In this document: one piece after another, positions 24,250 through 37,133 of the stretch | How the letters are laid out: each line of letters begins with the position of its first letter | Position numbering within the stretch: the stretch's first letter is position 1 | From: Antechinus flavipes | Taxonomy: Eukaryota | NCBI RefSeq assembly: GCF_016432865.1 | Contig: NC_067398.1 | Location: 83,390,001-83,454,000 of the forward strand | Direction of reading: 5' to 3' | Length of the DNA stretch: 64,000 nt | Made by a program: the position numbers and the translations under genes | The notes under the pieces: model-generated | Databases searched by the model: none | What the model was told of the DNA's origin: nothing | What the model saw: only the letters and a program-made list of their open reading frames with translations

Positions 24250-26830
24250 GCCTGGGGGCATCTAGGCAAGGATCCCACCTGGCACGACCGGATGGGGCCT
24301 GGGGTTCAGGGATCAGCCAGGGCTTGAACTCCAGGGCCGCGTCCCGGGGAATTCGGGGGCTAGGGGAGGAGGGACCCGGACCAGCTGCTGGGACGGGGTT
24401 ATTGTTGGTGGATCTGTAACCCTGGGGCCCCTAGGAGGCCAGGCCAGTGCCCAGGAGCTGAAAACTGCCCTCTTGTCAAGGAAAGGGGGAGATCAGCCAC
24501 AGGGCGTTGTTTTAGGGGAGGAGAAGAGAGATCACCGAAGGTCCAGGATGGACCGGCTTATCGCCTCTATCTGCGCTCCCACCCCCGCCCTCGCCTCTAC
24601 TCGCACCCTTTCCGTGGTTAGTTTCTGCCTGTCTCTTTAAAGCGATAGAAGCGCCTCGGCAGGAGCCGGGCCATACCATTTGCTTCACGGAGGAGGGGGA
24701 GACGGAGTTAAGACTCCCCACTCCGCGGAAGGGCGGCGGGGGGACGCCTTGCCCCACGAAGCATTTTCACGTTCCCAAGTAAGAAGAAGTGCCTTTCCTT
24801 CCAGGAAACCGGGGAGTTTCCTCGACAGTGGTCTTTTTCCAACTTGGCAGCCCGAAAAATCCTTCCCCACCTGGCTCCCTGCAGACTGCCCTGGTCCCGC
24901 CCTCCCTCTGATCTTTTAAAGGGGCCGCGCCGGGCCGAGGGGGTGGGGCCGTGGGAGGAAAAGTTGGAACGTTTGCGAACAACCGAGTGCGGGCTCGGGG
25001 CTCCGGGGCTTGAGGCTTTGGGTGCCGGTGACCATGGGGGTGGCTCGGGCCCTCGGTGCGAGGTGAGTGAGTGCCGGCGGCTCTTCGCCCCCAGATTCTC
25101 CCGGGGGATCTGCGCCCCTAGCCTCGGCACCGGTGCCGGCCGCCCCTCGCGCCCGCCGCGGGAGCCTGGCCCGCTCCGGGTTCCCAGCCGGGGCCAGGCG
25201 GGCGCGGGACCCACGTGCGGCTGGGGGCGGGGGACTGGGGACCAAGCCGCCAACAAAGGGGGCTTGTTCTGCCGCGAGGGGCCCCGGGCGGGGAAGCGGG
25301 GAGCCGGAGCACACGGGCCGGAGAGGGGAGCTGGGGCGGCCGGAGCCGTGGCCTTGGCCGCGGCGGAGTCAGCATTCCGGGAGCGCTGGCTGGAAGGGAG
25401 CCCTGCCCTGCCCTGCCCTGCCCTGCCCCAGCCCAGCCGGCAGCCGCTCCCCACCGTGGGAGGTCCAGATCGCTCCGGCCGGGACTCTCTCCTGGCCGGT
25501 CTCGGAGCTGCCTTTGTTCTTCCCTGGAGTAGCTGAGGCTGAGCGGTCTGCGAAGGAAGAGTTGGTAGATTGGGGTTGCAGGGGACCCGAGGCCCATCCA
25601 ATCTCTCCATCTTACACGGACGGAAAGTGAATCGAGGTGCCCTAACCAGAGAGTTGAGGAACTTCCTAATAGATAAAATTAGAATGGGCTTTAAAAGTCC
25701 CGCATAACTAAGTCGGGGTGGGAAGGAGTGGAAACTGCCTTGGGAAACTCCAGAGCGTCCCCGGAGACCACTAATGCCCTCCTCTCCCACTTCCTAGCAG
25801 GTCCTGAGCCAGCCCTGCAGCTTGCGACAAGAGCCCCCCATGATGTGGGCAGCGGCCCCGACGGCCCTGGCCCTGACCCTCCTGGTGTCGCTGGTCTCGG
25901 CGGGGCCCAGAATCGAAGAGCCAAAGCCTACCGCCCCACCCATCTTTACCCGGCGCCCCTTCCTGGTGGCGTGGAACGCCCCAACCCAGGACTGCGCGCC
26001 AAGGTTCAAGGTAGAGCTCGACTTATCCGTCTTTGATATTCGAGCGTCACCTAACGAAGGCTTCGTGAAGCAGAATCTCACCATTTTCTATCGAAATCGC
26101 CTGGGCTACTACCCTTACTATGACTCGCACCTGCGACCGGTCCATGGGGGCGTGCCTCAGAATAGTAGCCTGATCGACCACCTGGAGCACTTGCCCGAAG
26201 GGGTTCGGCACTATATCCGGTCACCCGACCGAGAGGGTCTGGCCGTCATTGACTGGGAGGACTGGCGCCCAGTCTGGATCAGGAACTGGCAGAGCAAGGA
26301 TGTGTACCGCCAGGTCTCCCGCCAACTCGTCAGTTCCCGACACCCCACCTGGACCCCGGAGCAGGTGGCCAAGCAAGCTCAGTACGAGTTTGAGTTCGCT
26401 GCCCGGCAGTTCATGCTGGAGACGCTGCGATGGGCGAAGGAAACGCGCCCCCGCCAGCTCTGGGGCTTCTACCTCTTCCCTGACTGTTACAACCACGACT
26501 ACGTGCAGAATTGGTCCAGCTACACAGGCCGCTGCCCAGATGTTGAGGTCTCCAGAAATGACCAGCTGGCCTGGCTCTGGGCAGAGAGCACTGCCCTCTA
26601 CCCTTCCATTTACCTGGACCCCATGCTAAAGTCCTCCTCCAATGGTCGCAAGTTTGTGCGCTATCGCGTGGGGGAAGCCCTGAGGGTGGCCCGGGAGCAC
26701 CACGCCGACTACTCCCTCCCAGTCTTCGTCTATATGCGCCCCACCTACACCCAGAACTTCACGGTGCTCAGCGAGGTAACCGGCTGCCAGAGCTAGGGGG
26801 CAGCGGCGGGCTTAGCCCCGGGGAGCCACA
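24250..26830 (+). promoter_or_regulatory. HYAL2 CpG island with a probable non-coding first exon ending at 25062 (GAG|GTGAGT)
   Basis: CpG/GC-rich with GC boxes; consensus donor at 25062/25063; tandem acceptor TAG/CAG ending at 25800. Confidence 0.75.
25840..26775 (+). CDS. HYAL2: Hyaluronidase-2 first coding exon (signal peptide, GH56 domain with AVIDWEDWRP)
   Basis: ATG at 25840 (the ORF track starts earlier at a TTG); KPTAPPIFT.RPF, DWEDWRPVW, WGFYLFPDCYNHDYVQNW; donor GAG|GTAAC at 26775. Confidence 0.97.
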
Positions 26831-27460
26831 GGTCAGGGAGGCCGGAGACCTGGGAACAGAGGCATCCCTTGGGCCTGCAAGGTCCAACTCCTCATTTTAC
26901 AGATGGGGAGACCGAGGCCCTGAAGGGAGGCGGGATCACAGAGACTTGTAGAAGTAAAGTAGAAAGAACCATTTGGCCGGTGAGAGGGGGAGGAGTTGCG
27001 AGCTTAGAGAGGGGCCTGCGCTGTCCCCAGGAGGCCAGACTAAGCCTAGGACTTGGTGGCTCCCAGGGCAGGAGCCTGCCCACCTGGCTCCACAGCCCTC
27101 AGGCCCCGTTGCCCAAGGCAGGAGGTCTGAGTTCGGAGAGCCTTGCTGATGTCCCTGCCTTAGAATTTCAAGAGTGGGAAGTTGATTAAACCCCTTGTAG
27201 GAGGGGGTAGCTGGCAGAAATTTTTCTTTTCTCCCTTCCTCATATAGAACGTCTGGAGGGGATAGAGAGCCGGCCTGGACTTGTCTGACATGGGCTATTC
27301 TCCCTGCCTCTGATCTGAAGCTTGAAACCCTGCCCAGACAAGCCTGAGGAGACAGGCAGAGGTTCCAGGAGGCAGAAGAAAGAAAGGGAGCAGCCCCTCT
27401 GTTTGTCTCACACCCCCTCCCCTCGCCTGCAGTTCTGACCTGTCCTCTTTCTTCTCCTAG

Positions 27461-27550
27461 ATGGACCTCGTCTCCACTATTGGGGAGAGTGCAGCTCTGG
27501 GGGCAGCCGGAGTCATCATCTGGGGAGATGCAGATTATACCAAGGGCCCG
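27461..27550 (+). CDS. HYAL2: HYAL2 90-nt coding exon (MDLVSTIGESAALGAAGVIIWGDADYTKGP)
   Basis: TAG acceptor, CCG|GTAAGT donor; conserved 30-aa hyaluronidase exon. Confidence 0.97.
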
Positions 27551-29625
27551 GTAAGTGGAGCCATGGGGCCTAAGGGTCTAGGTATGGACTGGCCTAACCA
27601 AAAGCCCTACTTCCCCCAACAAAGGAGGAGGAATTTAATATATGGGGAAACAGATTCATCGAGGGGAAGGGGCTTGCCCAAGTTAACCCAGTGACTAAAT
27701 GGCAAACCTAAGATTCAAATCTAGGTTTCCTGATTCAATCTAAAGCTCTTTCCGTAGTCTGAAGGAGAAAAGCCATATACCAAAAAAAAAAAAAAAAAAA
27801 AAACCAAATGAAATAAAATAAAAACCACATCCCATAGATAAACAAGCCTTGGCTGGGATGCAAGGGCAGTGTGATTGCCCACACAGTCAAGAAAGGCTTC
27901 TCAGAAGTTGAGTTGCAGTCCTAAGTTACCAGAAAATAGGAAGAAGGGCAGGAACTTTGTTCCCGTCATCGTTGGGGTGTTGAAATTAGCAGAGAGTGGC
28001 AGTGCTGGGAGGGGCATAGATTCACCGGATTTTGAAGGTGGAAGGGACCGTCTAGCCCAAACAGCAGAAACCATGCTCAGAAAATGAGCCCCCCCCCCCC
28101 CCTTACACCACACAGGACAGTCCCTCAGAGCCCTCCAGGGATGTGGGTGACATCCCACTCCTTCCCAAGATATCTCATTCCACTAAGGGAGAAGTGGGGA
28201 TGGTGGTAGTTTTCTAACATCAAGTCTAAATTTTACTCATTTTCTAGGACCAAACCAAACAAATCAGAGCTCTATAAGTGCTTAAAGATAAAGTATCAAA
28301 GGCAAAGGGGCTCTTAGAATGCAGAAGCTAGATGAGAGCTAGGAGGCCCCTTAGAATGTAAAGGAAGAATGTTATTGCTGGGAGGGCTCTTAGAACACAG
28401 ACTGTCAGAGCTGGGAAGGACTTTAGAATTAGGAGCAGGATTCGGTGGAGCCCTAAAATCCAAACTATTCCTTTTACAGGGGGCAATCTAAGACTGAGAA
28501 ATTCATATTAAGTTCCTTGTCCCATCCCTGGTTTAGTAGTTAGTTCCGTGATCTCACAAACATACCGCTTTTTGTTGCCTTTTGCTCCCTGTTCTCCCCC
28601 ATTTTCCTCTGAACTTGCATTTAAAGGAAAGGGGAAACGTGTCTTTGTTCCAGCAGCTGCTCCTAGCGTCTCTCCCCACCCCTCCGCCTGTCTTGAGTGC
28701 CTCCCCAGCCAGGAAAGGGGTGGGGATGGGAGCCTGGAGGAATAGGATCCGGCCTCAGAATCCCTACCCCCTTCACCATTGTCCCTCTTTCTGGGGCGAT
28801 TGAGTACATACACAACAGAGCACAGGGCAGACTCTTAGAGAGCTGCCTACAAACAAAGAGTCCAAGGAAAGGGGTCCTAGCAGAGGCGATTTCCCTCGCT
28901 GCCTACTCCCGGTCCTCCAGCCAGCTTTGAGACAAATGGGTTTCTTTCCACTTTTCATTGGAGGGTGGGGGATTTGGCTGTAACCTCCCATACCCACCCA
29001 TCTATGCCCAATTCCCTGCCCTAGTTGGTATTTTCTCTAAGACCTCACACAAGGATCCCACAGAGATCAGCAGAGGCCCAAACCCCACGTTCAACCTATC
29101 AGGCTCCCATTGGTCAGAGCCTCCTTTGGGGCTCCAGAGAGCCTTGCCCCTAAAGAGCTTTGTCTGATGCAGAAAGCAGGAAGATCCAAGAGAGACTGAA
29201 ATAGATGAGATACTTTGAGAGGGAAGGTTCCACTTTCCCAGGTCCTGTAAGACTATCTCAGGAAAGAGGAGGTAGTGGGGTCCAAGTTGGAGTTGGAGGG
29301 AGGGAGGGGCTTCAGCATGGAGTATGGGATGTTCATTCCAGGTCCTAAGAACCACACTTAACAGAGGTACAGATGAGGAGGTGGGAGGTGACTCAATGCT
29401 CATGAGGATGCTCAGATGCTCAGTCACTCCATGTGGCTCCCGGCTCCCCAGGGAGAAAGGCCACAGGGTCTGATGGGAAGGAGGTTAAGTCTGGGACCAG
29501 AATTCAAATCCTGACTCAAGTCCAGACTCAGCTGGTTGGCCTGATCCAGTCATTTCCTTCTCTCAAGTGCATGGTGACTGTGAGAAATGAATGCTTTGCC
29601 CTGACCTGCTCTACCTTCCCTTCAG

Positions 29626-30030
29626 GAAACCTGCCAGAAAATCAAGGAGTACCTGGAAAGCCGCCTGGCCCCTTACGTGGTGAACGTCTCGGAGGCTGCT
29701 TTCCGCTGCAGTGAGGACCTGTGCCACGGGCACGGGCGCTGCCAACGACGGGTGTCCAACTCCAATGCCTTCCTGCACCTGAACCCCCGGAGCTTTCGCC
29801 TTCGTCCCGCTCAGAGTCCCAAGGAGCCCCTCTTCCGGGCTGAGGGCGAGTTCAGCCAGGCTGACCTGGCCCAGCTCCAGGACAACTTCCATTGCCAGTG
29901 CTACCAGGGCTGGCATGGGGAGAGCTGCCAGCACAGCCGCAAAGCCCCAAACAGAGGCTCTGCCAGGGGCCCATCGGGCCTGGTAGCCCTGCTGGCCCTG
30001 GGCCACTTAGTCCTCCTCCGACTGCCGTAG
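29626..30030 (+). CDS. HYAL2: HYAL2 last coding exon (EGF-like domain and hydrophobic GPI-signal-like tail); total 476 aa
   Basis: ETCQKIKEY..., CHGHGRC, CQCYQGWHGESC, tail LVALLALGHLVLLRLP*, TAG at 30028-30030. Confidence 0.97.
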   Translation, partial: ETCQKIKEYLESRLAPYVVNVSEAAFRCSEDLCHGHGRCQRRVSNSNAFLHLNPRSFRLRPAQSPKEPLFRAEGEFSQADLAQLQDNFHCQCYQGWHGESCQHSRKAPNRGSARGPSGLVALLALGHLVLLRLP

Positions 30031-30446
30031 ATAGATATGGCCGGGGCTTCCACGAAGGAGCCAGTGATTTTAGATTGGTGTAGGGTCCCTGCCCAGGAGC
30101 CTGTAGCTGATGTAGTTGGGTTTAGGGGAGAGGAATGGCCCCCATTTGGCAACACTCATCCCCAGCCGTGTTTTACATATCCCTCACAGGGGTAGGGCCA
30201 GGAGCAGAGTGGGGTGTAGAGGGGGAGTAGCCTTCAACCCTTTGCCTATGTTTCCCCCTGTTTTAAGGGGGGGATGTTGAGAAGAGAGTTTGTATGAATT
30301 GCTGCTGGGTGTCTTCCCGTCCTAGGGGAGGGGCTGTTAGTGGAGAATAGGGATGGGGGGCACGGCAGGGCCGTAGAGAGCCCCCTGCCCCTCTCCTCTC
30401 TATATTTTGTTATTATTATTATTATTATTATTGGGATATTTTGTAA

Positions 30447-30452
30447 ATTAAA
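30447..30452 (+). terminator. Candidate HYAL2 poly(A) signal ATTAAA
   Basis: About 420 nt after the stop, followed by a GU-containing stretch. Confidence 0.5.
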
Positions 30453-32119
30453 CAGAAAAACAAACAACTCTGTGTAGAAATGTGAATGGAGTGCACTGGG
30501 GAGGAGCGAGCAGGGTTAGTGAGCCAATCTTTGGGCCCGGAGCCAATCTTGGGGCTAATTGAGCTGTTCCCACCAGAAGGGAAGACCTGACATCTGGGAC
30601 TCCACATTCGGTGGGATGGAGGATGGGGAAGCAAGATGGCAGCCCCCAAACAGCATGGGCTCAGCTGAATGAGATGCCCTGAAGACCCTGTCTTGTTCTC
30701 TGCTTAAACTGCTCGCAAGGATAGATACCATCCAGAACAGAGGGATACTTCACCTCTCTCCACCTTTTAATAAGCTACTTCTTCAGGCACTTAGTGGTTC
30801 TTCCCCTTCCTCAATAGATTGCTGCCCTGTAAGGGCTCAGCTCCCACCCACCCACCCACCATGTGGTACCCCCAAGACCAAGGAGGGGCTTGTGGAGTGT
30901 GGGCAGGGTTGGTGGGCTGGGGGTGGAGGAAATAGAATGTGACATTTGGGGGGGGGTCTGTGAAGAGGGGGGCTCAGCATGGCTCCGGGCTTGGGGCCAG
31001 CCTTCCTCGCTGCTGTTTTTCCCATGGGCACGTTGCCCAGCTCTATGTTTCTCAACCCTCTGCTTTACATCCTTTACTGGGGTGTTCCCCCAACTCTCCA
31101 CCTGCCAGGGGAAGGGGAAAGGGTCGGATCCATCTTTCTGCCCTATAGCAGAGGAAAAACGCCGTGCTAGAGGGTTAATTCTGGCCCTTGCACCTCTAGT
31201 CTCCACCACACCTGAGGCTGACTCAGACACTGGCCCGGGGAAATCCCTTGTTTCTTCTAGGTGGGGTCCTAAGGAGGCCTGGGTGGGCACCCGGCTGGCC
31301 CCAGCACACAGCAAGCAGTGGCAAAGACTGAGAGGAGGATCGCCGGTCCTGGTGCAGGGCCTTCTCCCCTTCCCCTGTCCCGCCACCCACCTGGCTGGCT
31401 TCCTGACCACAGCCTCCGGCCAGCCCTTCACCACACTGGTTCCCAGTGGTGTGTCCGGTGAGCCTCGAGCCTGAGCCCTCTAGTGGGCAGTCTGCTCGCT
31501 GCCCGAGCTTAGGGTCAGTTTTCCGAAGCCGGAGCTCATCTATTCCAGCATTTCTGAGTGATCTGGGCTTCCCGAGGTCACATCTACATCGAATCATATC
31601 AAGATATTTTAATCTCAAAAACGGTATATACCCAAAAGCTAGAATCCACGTAAAATCCCACAATTCCCCTTTGGAGGTTTCTGAGACCCCCCAATCTTCC
31701 AAATCTCTCTTCCATTTTCACCCCGCCTCGGTGTGGGTGAGGGACTTGCAAACTCTCACAGAGACAGATTCAAAGCTGGCTGGTCCACTGGTTGCCCTGC
31801 TCCTGCTCCAGCCTCTGCTGGGAGCTTCCTCCATCTCCCTGGGACTCCGCAGCTGCCCTGCCAGGAGCTCCATGTCTGGGGGTGGGAAGAAGCCCCCCAG
31901 GGGAGCCAGGAAGTATCCAGCCACAGGAGCTGAGCTTCCCCCTCGGGTCTCCCCTCTGCCCCACAAAGTGGTATTCATCAGACTGTGGTTATTTCCACCC
32001 ATTTTATTTTACTAATAAAGGAACTGGCCCCGGGAGGACAGGGGACAGAATCCCAAACTGAGGGAGTGAGGGGGAGAGCTGTGATTTGAACCCATCCAAA
32101 AGCCAGCACCACTCCTGGT

Positions 32120-32880
32120 AGGTCAGCTGCGCGAGGTTCCCCAGATCAGACACGCGTGTTTGGGACAGCTGCCCTGCCCTCCAGGGGCTCTGTCCTAGAC
32201 CACCTGGGCCCACAAGATGGGCACCCCTAGAGTTCTTCCCCACCCACCTCCCCAGTGACATAGTCAAGCCAGTGCATAAAGGTTCCTGGGTCTGTAAAGT
32301 GCGAGGAATCGTGCGGGAGGGGGAGGCAAGAGTCCCAGCTTCTGGCCTGGCCACAGCACAAGGACAAGTTCCTTTCCTGAGGGGAGGGTGGGGTAGGAAG
32401 GCCGGGAGATGTGGGGTTCAAGGTTGAACCTGTCTCAGACATTAGCTGGACAAATGCCCTAGGCCCTGGTTCTTCAGCTGAGGGATCAGAAGGATAAGAC
32501 TGAATCCCTCTCTGGGTCTGGTTCTCATCTCTCACTGGGAGGGGAGCGGTCAGCTCTGGCTTCTTGGGCTTTGGATCAGGGAGATCTCCAGATATCGGGA
32601 GCACAGGGCAGGTGGGAAAAGCATGGCCTTCTCCCAGGAACCGGGCGGCAGCTGGTGGGGATGGCCCAGTGCCGGCCAAGAAGTCCGGGGAACAGGACCG
32701 CGGCAGCCGGAGACCCGCGCCAGCAAGTGGGGCAGGGGCTTCCTCTGAACCACGAGTCGCTGCTGGGGAATAAGTGCTTATATTACCCGCTTCACATCGG
32801 ACACAGCGGAGACGCTTACAATTATCCTCCCCACAGTTGATGGGAGTTATTATGACCCCTATTCTATAGTACACGGAGAA
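32120..32880. promoter_or_regulatory. CpG-retaining element downstream of HYAL2 (candidate enhancer or promoter)
   Basis: About 15 CpGs in 32620-32880 in an otherwise CpG-poor region; no ORF support. Confidence 0.4.
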
Positions 32881-33373
32881 GATTCTCTGTTCTAACTGCC
32901 TCCAACCATTAGCTGATCTTCCCCGCCTTTCTCTTTTTAAATAAAGCTTTTTATTTTCAAAACATACACGGATAATTTAACAGCACTGATCCTTGCAGTC
33001 TTGTGTTTCAGATTTTCTCCTTCCCCTAGATGGCAAGCAGCCTACTTTTTTTTTTTTTTTTATGGCAGGATTAAGGGACTTGTTCAAGGTCACACAGCTA
33101 GGAAGTATTTGAGGTTAGATGTGAACCCAGATCCCAGTGCTCTATCTGCCCCTGTTACCTAGCTCTTCTACTGATTCTTCAAGCTTCTTGGATGGCAAAA
33201 CTCTTGACCATGGAGTGAAGAGAATGGTGCACCTTGAATCCGAAGACTAAGATTTGAGGTTCAGAATGTCACAATCTTGGACAAATCCTCTAACCTCTCT
33301 GCCATAGTCCAAACCTCTTCTCCCCTCAGATTCCCTGCAATACTCCCCCCTCCCACACACACACACATCAAGA

Positions 33374-33605
33374 GTGTACTGGTAAATATTTAACAACTGA
33401 CTCTCTGAAAATGCCCCTTCCATTCATACCAGAGAATGCTGATCAATATTTAACAACCGACATTCTGAAATGCCTCTTCCCCTCACCAGGGTGAGCTGGT
33501 CAGTGTTTTAACAACTGGCTCTCCAAAAACGTCTGCAATACCCTCCCTTCCATACCACGGATATGCTAGTAAATGTTTTAACAACCAGCTTTCTGAGCAT
33601 GCCCA
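33374..33605 (+). repeat. Four degenerate ~60-bp tandem units with core gctggtaaatatttaacaac(c/t)g(a/g)ctctc
   Basis: Core at about 33378, 33437, 33495 and 33565; resembles hAT-Blackjack (MER63/MER81-like) terminal sequence. Confidence 0.8.
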
Positions 33606-34079
33606 CTACATTTTTCAGTTCGATCTACATTTTACCCTTTTTGCCATCACTTTTAAGTTTTGACAATGAACAGAACAATAAAAGTCAAGCCCTGATTTGT
33701 AGCATTTGCCAGTTACCAAGAAGTACAATGCTTATACTGGAGATTTAAAGATCAGGTTCTTTAGGACCTCTTCCCTCCTCCCTCTTAGCAGAGGACTTGG
33801 CCTCCCACTGTTATTCAGAAAACAAAGACCATTGACTAGAAGCTTTTCTTTTCCTCAGCTCCACCAAAAAACATTCCTTTCTGTAATTCACTCTTCTCCA
33901 GTCCTTTAACGCACTCTCCGAGAAAAAGATGACTTTTTCTAAGGGCAATCACCACCTGGCCTCCTTCAGGAACAAATCAGTGGAACAGCATCTAGTAAAT
34001 GCTCACAATGTGCCCAGCACTGTGCCAAGTGCTAAGGTAATATATCTTTAAGGTTTTCTTTTTTTTTAATTTTTTTAAT

Positions 34080-34630
34080 ATTTAATTTTATTTTATAATA
34101 ATTTTATATTAACAGAATCCATGCCAGGGTAATTTTTTTTTACAACATTATCCCTTGCACTCGCTTCTGTTCCGATTTTTCCCCTCCCTCCCTCCACCCC
34201 CTCCCCTAGATGGCAAGCAGTCCTATATATGTTAGATATGTTGCAGTATATCCTAGATACAATATATGTGTGCAGAACCGAACAGTTCTCTTGTTGCACA
34301 GGGAGAATTGGATTCAGAAGGTAAAAAACAACTCGGAAAGAAAAACAAAAATGCAGATAGTTCACATTTGTTTCCCAGTGTTCCTTCTCTGGGTGTAGCT
34401 GCTTCTGTCCATCATTTATCAATTGAAATTGAGTCTTTGTCAAAGAAATCCACTTCCATCAGAATACATCCTCATACAGTATCGTTGTCGAAGTGTATAA
34501 TGATCTTCTGGTTCTGCTCATTTCAGTTAGCATCAGTTCATGTAAGTCTCGCCAGTCCTCTCTGTATTCATCCTGCTGGTCATTTCTTACAGAACAATAA
34601 TATTCCGTAACATTCATATACCACAATGGT
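34080..34630 (-). mobile_element. 5'-truncated, relatively young L1 3' end (dasyurid-type)
   Basis: T-rich tail then aacagaatccatgccagggtaatttttttt...cccctagatggcaagcagtcc, typical of the reverse-complemented L1 3' UTR. Confidence 0.8.
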
Positions 34631-36549
34631 AACAGATATTTTTAAAATAAACAATCTCTAGACTCAATGAATCTGCATTCTAATAAAATAAATCACCATT
34701 TCTAGTGGAGATTGGGAAGATGAAAGGAAGTTTTATTCCGAGGATGTGGAAACACAGGGAATAAAGGAGAGAGGTTGATAGGCAGATATTGAGAAGATCT
34801 AGATGGATGGATGAATGGATGGATGGATGGAGGGGACCAGTCCAGAGAGAGAGGAACTTAGCACGCAGATGGCAAGATGGCTGGTTGACTGGATGAGATG
34901 TAAAGCTGCAGCATCACTGGAACACTTCCCTTTGGTCACTCCTTTACCAGAGCCTACAAAGTTCCCTCCAAGGGGTCCCCCTGAAAGCTTATACTCATAT
35001 TTAATATTCCTTTGAGTCAGCATCTATCAAAAAATCTCTGGTTGAGCCCCTGTTAGGTATGTTCTCTCTTAAGCCAAACCATATGTGACATTTAAATAAT
35101 CAATAAAAGTCTTTTGATAAGTCCCAGTGGTAAGAAAATAACTAGGGAAAATCGGCTTCCTTCCTGGATATTCTTTCCTCATTTGGCTTCTGTCACACAG
35201 ATCTCCCTTGGTTCTCCTCCATGGCTGACCATCCCTTTATAATTAATTTTGTGGGATCATTCTCCATTTCCCATCTACTAATCATGAATGCTTCCCAGGG
35301 CTCTATCCTGGGCCCTTCCTTCTCTGTCTTGAAGTTTCTTTTGGTGATTTCATCTTTTCCCATGGATTCGATTTGCAATGTTATACAGGTGATCCTGAAG
35401 TCTACATGTAGAAATAGCGGTAGGATTAGTGTTGGCAGAAAGGGAGGACAAAAAAATGGCTAACTATACCTTGCCTCTCCAAGTGCGATAAGTAAAGCTC
35501 CCAGGAATAATTGCAGGAAATATCCAGGAGCACATTAAGAGGTGAAAAGAATATTATCACCTGAATGTAAAAAATAGAACAAATTCAAAAAGTAACAGCT
35601 GAGACAGAAGAGAGTTTAAGTGACCAACCTGAACCTAAGAGCTTCTCTTAGTTTGATTTATAAAAGCACTGACATGACTCCTGAGGCTCAGAACTAAAAA
35701 AACTAGTAGACACCATCACTATCCCTTCTAATTGAGGGGAAAGGAACCGTATAGATGTCGTTCAGCAGAGAGCAGCTCATCCCAGACACTAAAAGATAAC
35801 AATGAAGTAGAAATACTAGAGTAGTAAGAACTGCATCAAAATGCTGAGAGAAAGCAGCATGGAGCCCACTAACACCATCAGTAGTACCTCATATAAGGGA
35901 TTAGGAGATCCAAGACAGAGCAGTACCAGCAAGGAGCACCCGGAGAGAAATGTTTCAGGAGAAACATTGCCTTAGAGACATGAGTTAATTGACTTCTGTG
36001 TTCCCTGGCCACATGTATTTCCAGAATTTCCCCTATCCCTCTCATGGGAGAGTATAGACATGTAACATGGGGCTTTGATTAACGTGTCTCTGCTTGATGT
36101 AGTAAAAGGAGTATTAGTGGGAGTTTGTGACCCACCAATTCTGGTGGATTCTGACCCACAATCATGCATTCAACTTCAGGGCAGCTTTTAGGGGAAAGTT
36201 ATCATTGAAGAGGCCTTAGGTTCTATATATTTCTGGCCCTACTCTCTCACCCAGACTCCTACACTGCAAGATCAACTGCCTACTGCACATTTGGAAATGC
36301 TATCCCAACCTCAACAAGGTGTCCAAAATAGAACTCATTATATCTGCCTTCAAAAGCCACCCTTCCTACATTTCCCTATTTCTGTTTCGGGCCCAACTCA
36401 TCCTACCAGTGACCCATATAGCACAGCTGCTCTCCTTAGTCCCTCAACACCTCTTTCCTGCTCTGTTCTTCCACTACCCTCCTAATTTATCTTCCTCACT
36501 TTCTTCCCTCTCTAAATTATCCTCCACACAACTACCACACCCATATTTC

Positions 36550-37133
36550 TTTTAAATTTTGTTTTGTCTTAAATTTATATGTATTTTTCCATTATATATG
36601 AAAATAATTTTAAACATTTTTTGAGTTTCAAATTCCCTCCCTCCCTCTCATTTCCCCTTGAAAATGCAAGCAATCTGATAAGATTATAGATGTAAAACAT
36701 ATTTCCATATTAGCCATGTTCTAAAAGACAAGGCACCCTTCCCCCCAAAACAAGAAAAATAAAGTTTTAAAAAGTATTCTTAGCTCTGCATTCAGACTCT
36801 TATCACTTTTTTCTCTGAAGGTGGATAGCATTTTTCCTCATAAATCCTTTGGATTTAACTGTCTTGCTAAGAATAGCTGTCATTCACAGTTGATTCACCA
36901 TTCAATATTGCTGTTACTGTGTACAATGTTTTCCTAATTCTGCTCACTTCACTTTGCATGAGTTCACATAAGTTTTCCCAGGTTTTTCTGAATCCATCCT
37001 GCTCATCATTTTTTACTGCACAATATTATTCCACTGTAATCATATACTACAGACTGTTCAGCCATTCTCCAATTGATAGATATCCTATCTATCTTTCCAA
37101 TTCTTTAATACCACAAAAAGAGCTGCTATGAGA
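36550..37133 (-). mobile_element. Older L1 fragment, left half of the host of the ERV retrocopy (resumes at 40065-40680)
   Basis: ccacaaaaagagctgctatg continues as ctatgagtatttttt...gatacagacctagt...atcaaagggtatgcacag after the insertion. Confidence 0.75.

Noticed and set aside
24708-25790. 360-aa minus-strand ORF and other long ORFs over the HYAL2 CpG island
   Set aside because: Pro/Arg/Gly/Ala-rich frames expected from stop-poor GC-rich DNA; no domain motifs.
33374-33605. CRISPR-like repeat-spacer array
   Set aside because: Mammalian DNA; units are degenerate along their whole length with no unique spacers or cas genes.
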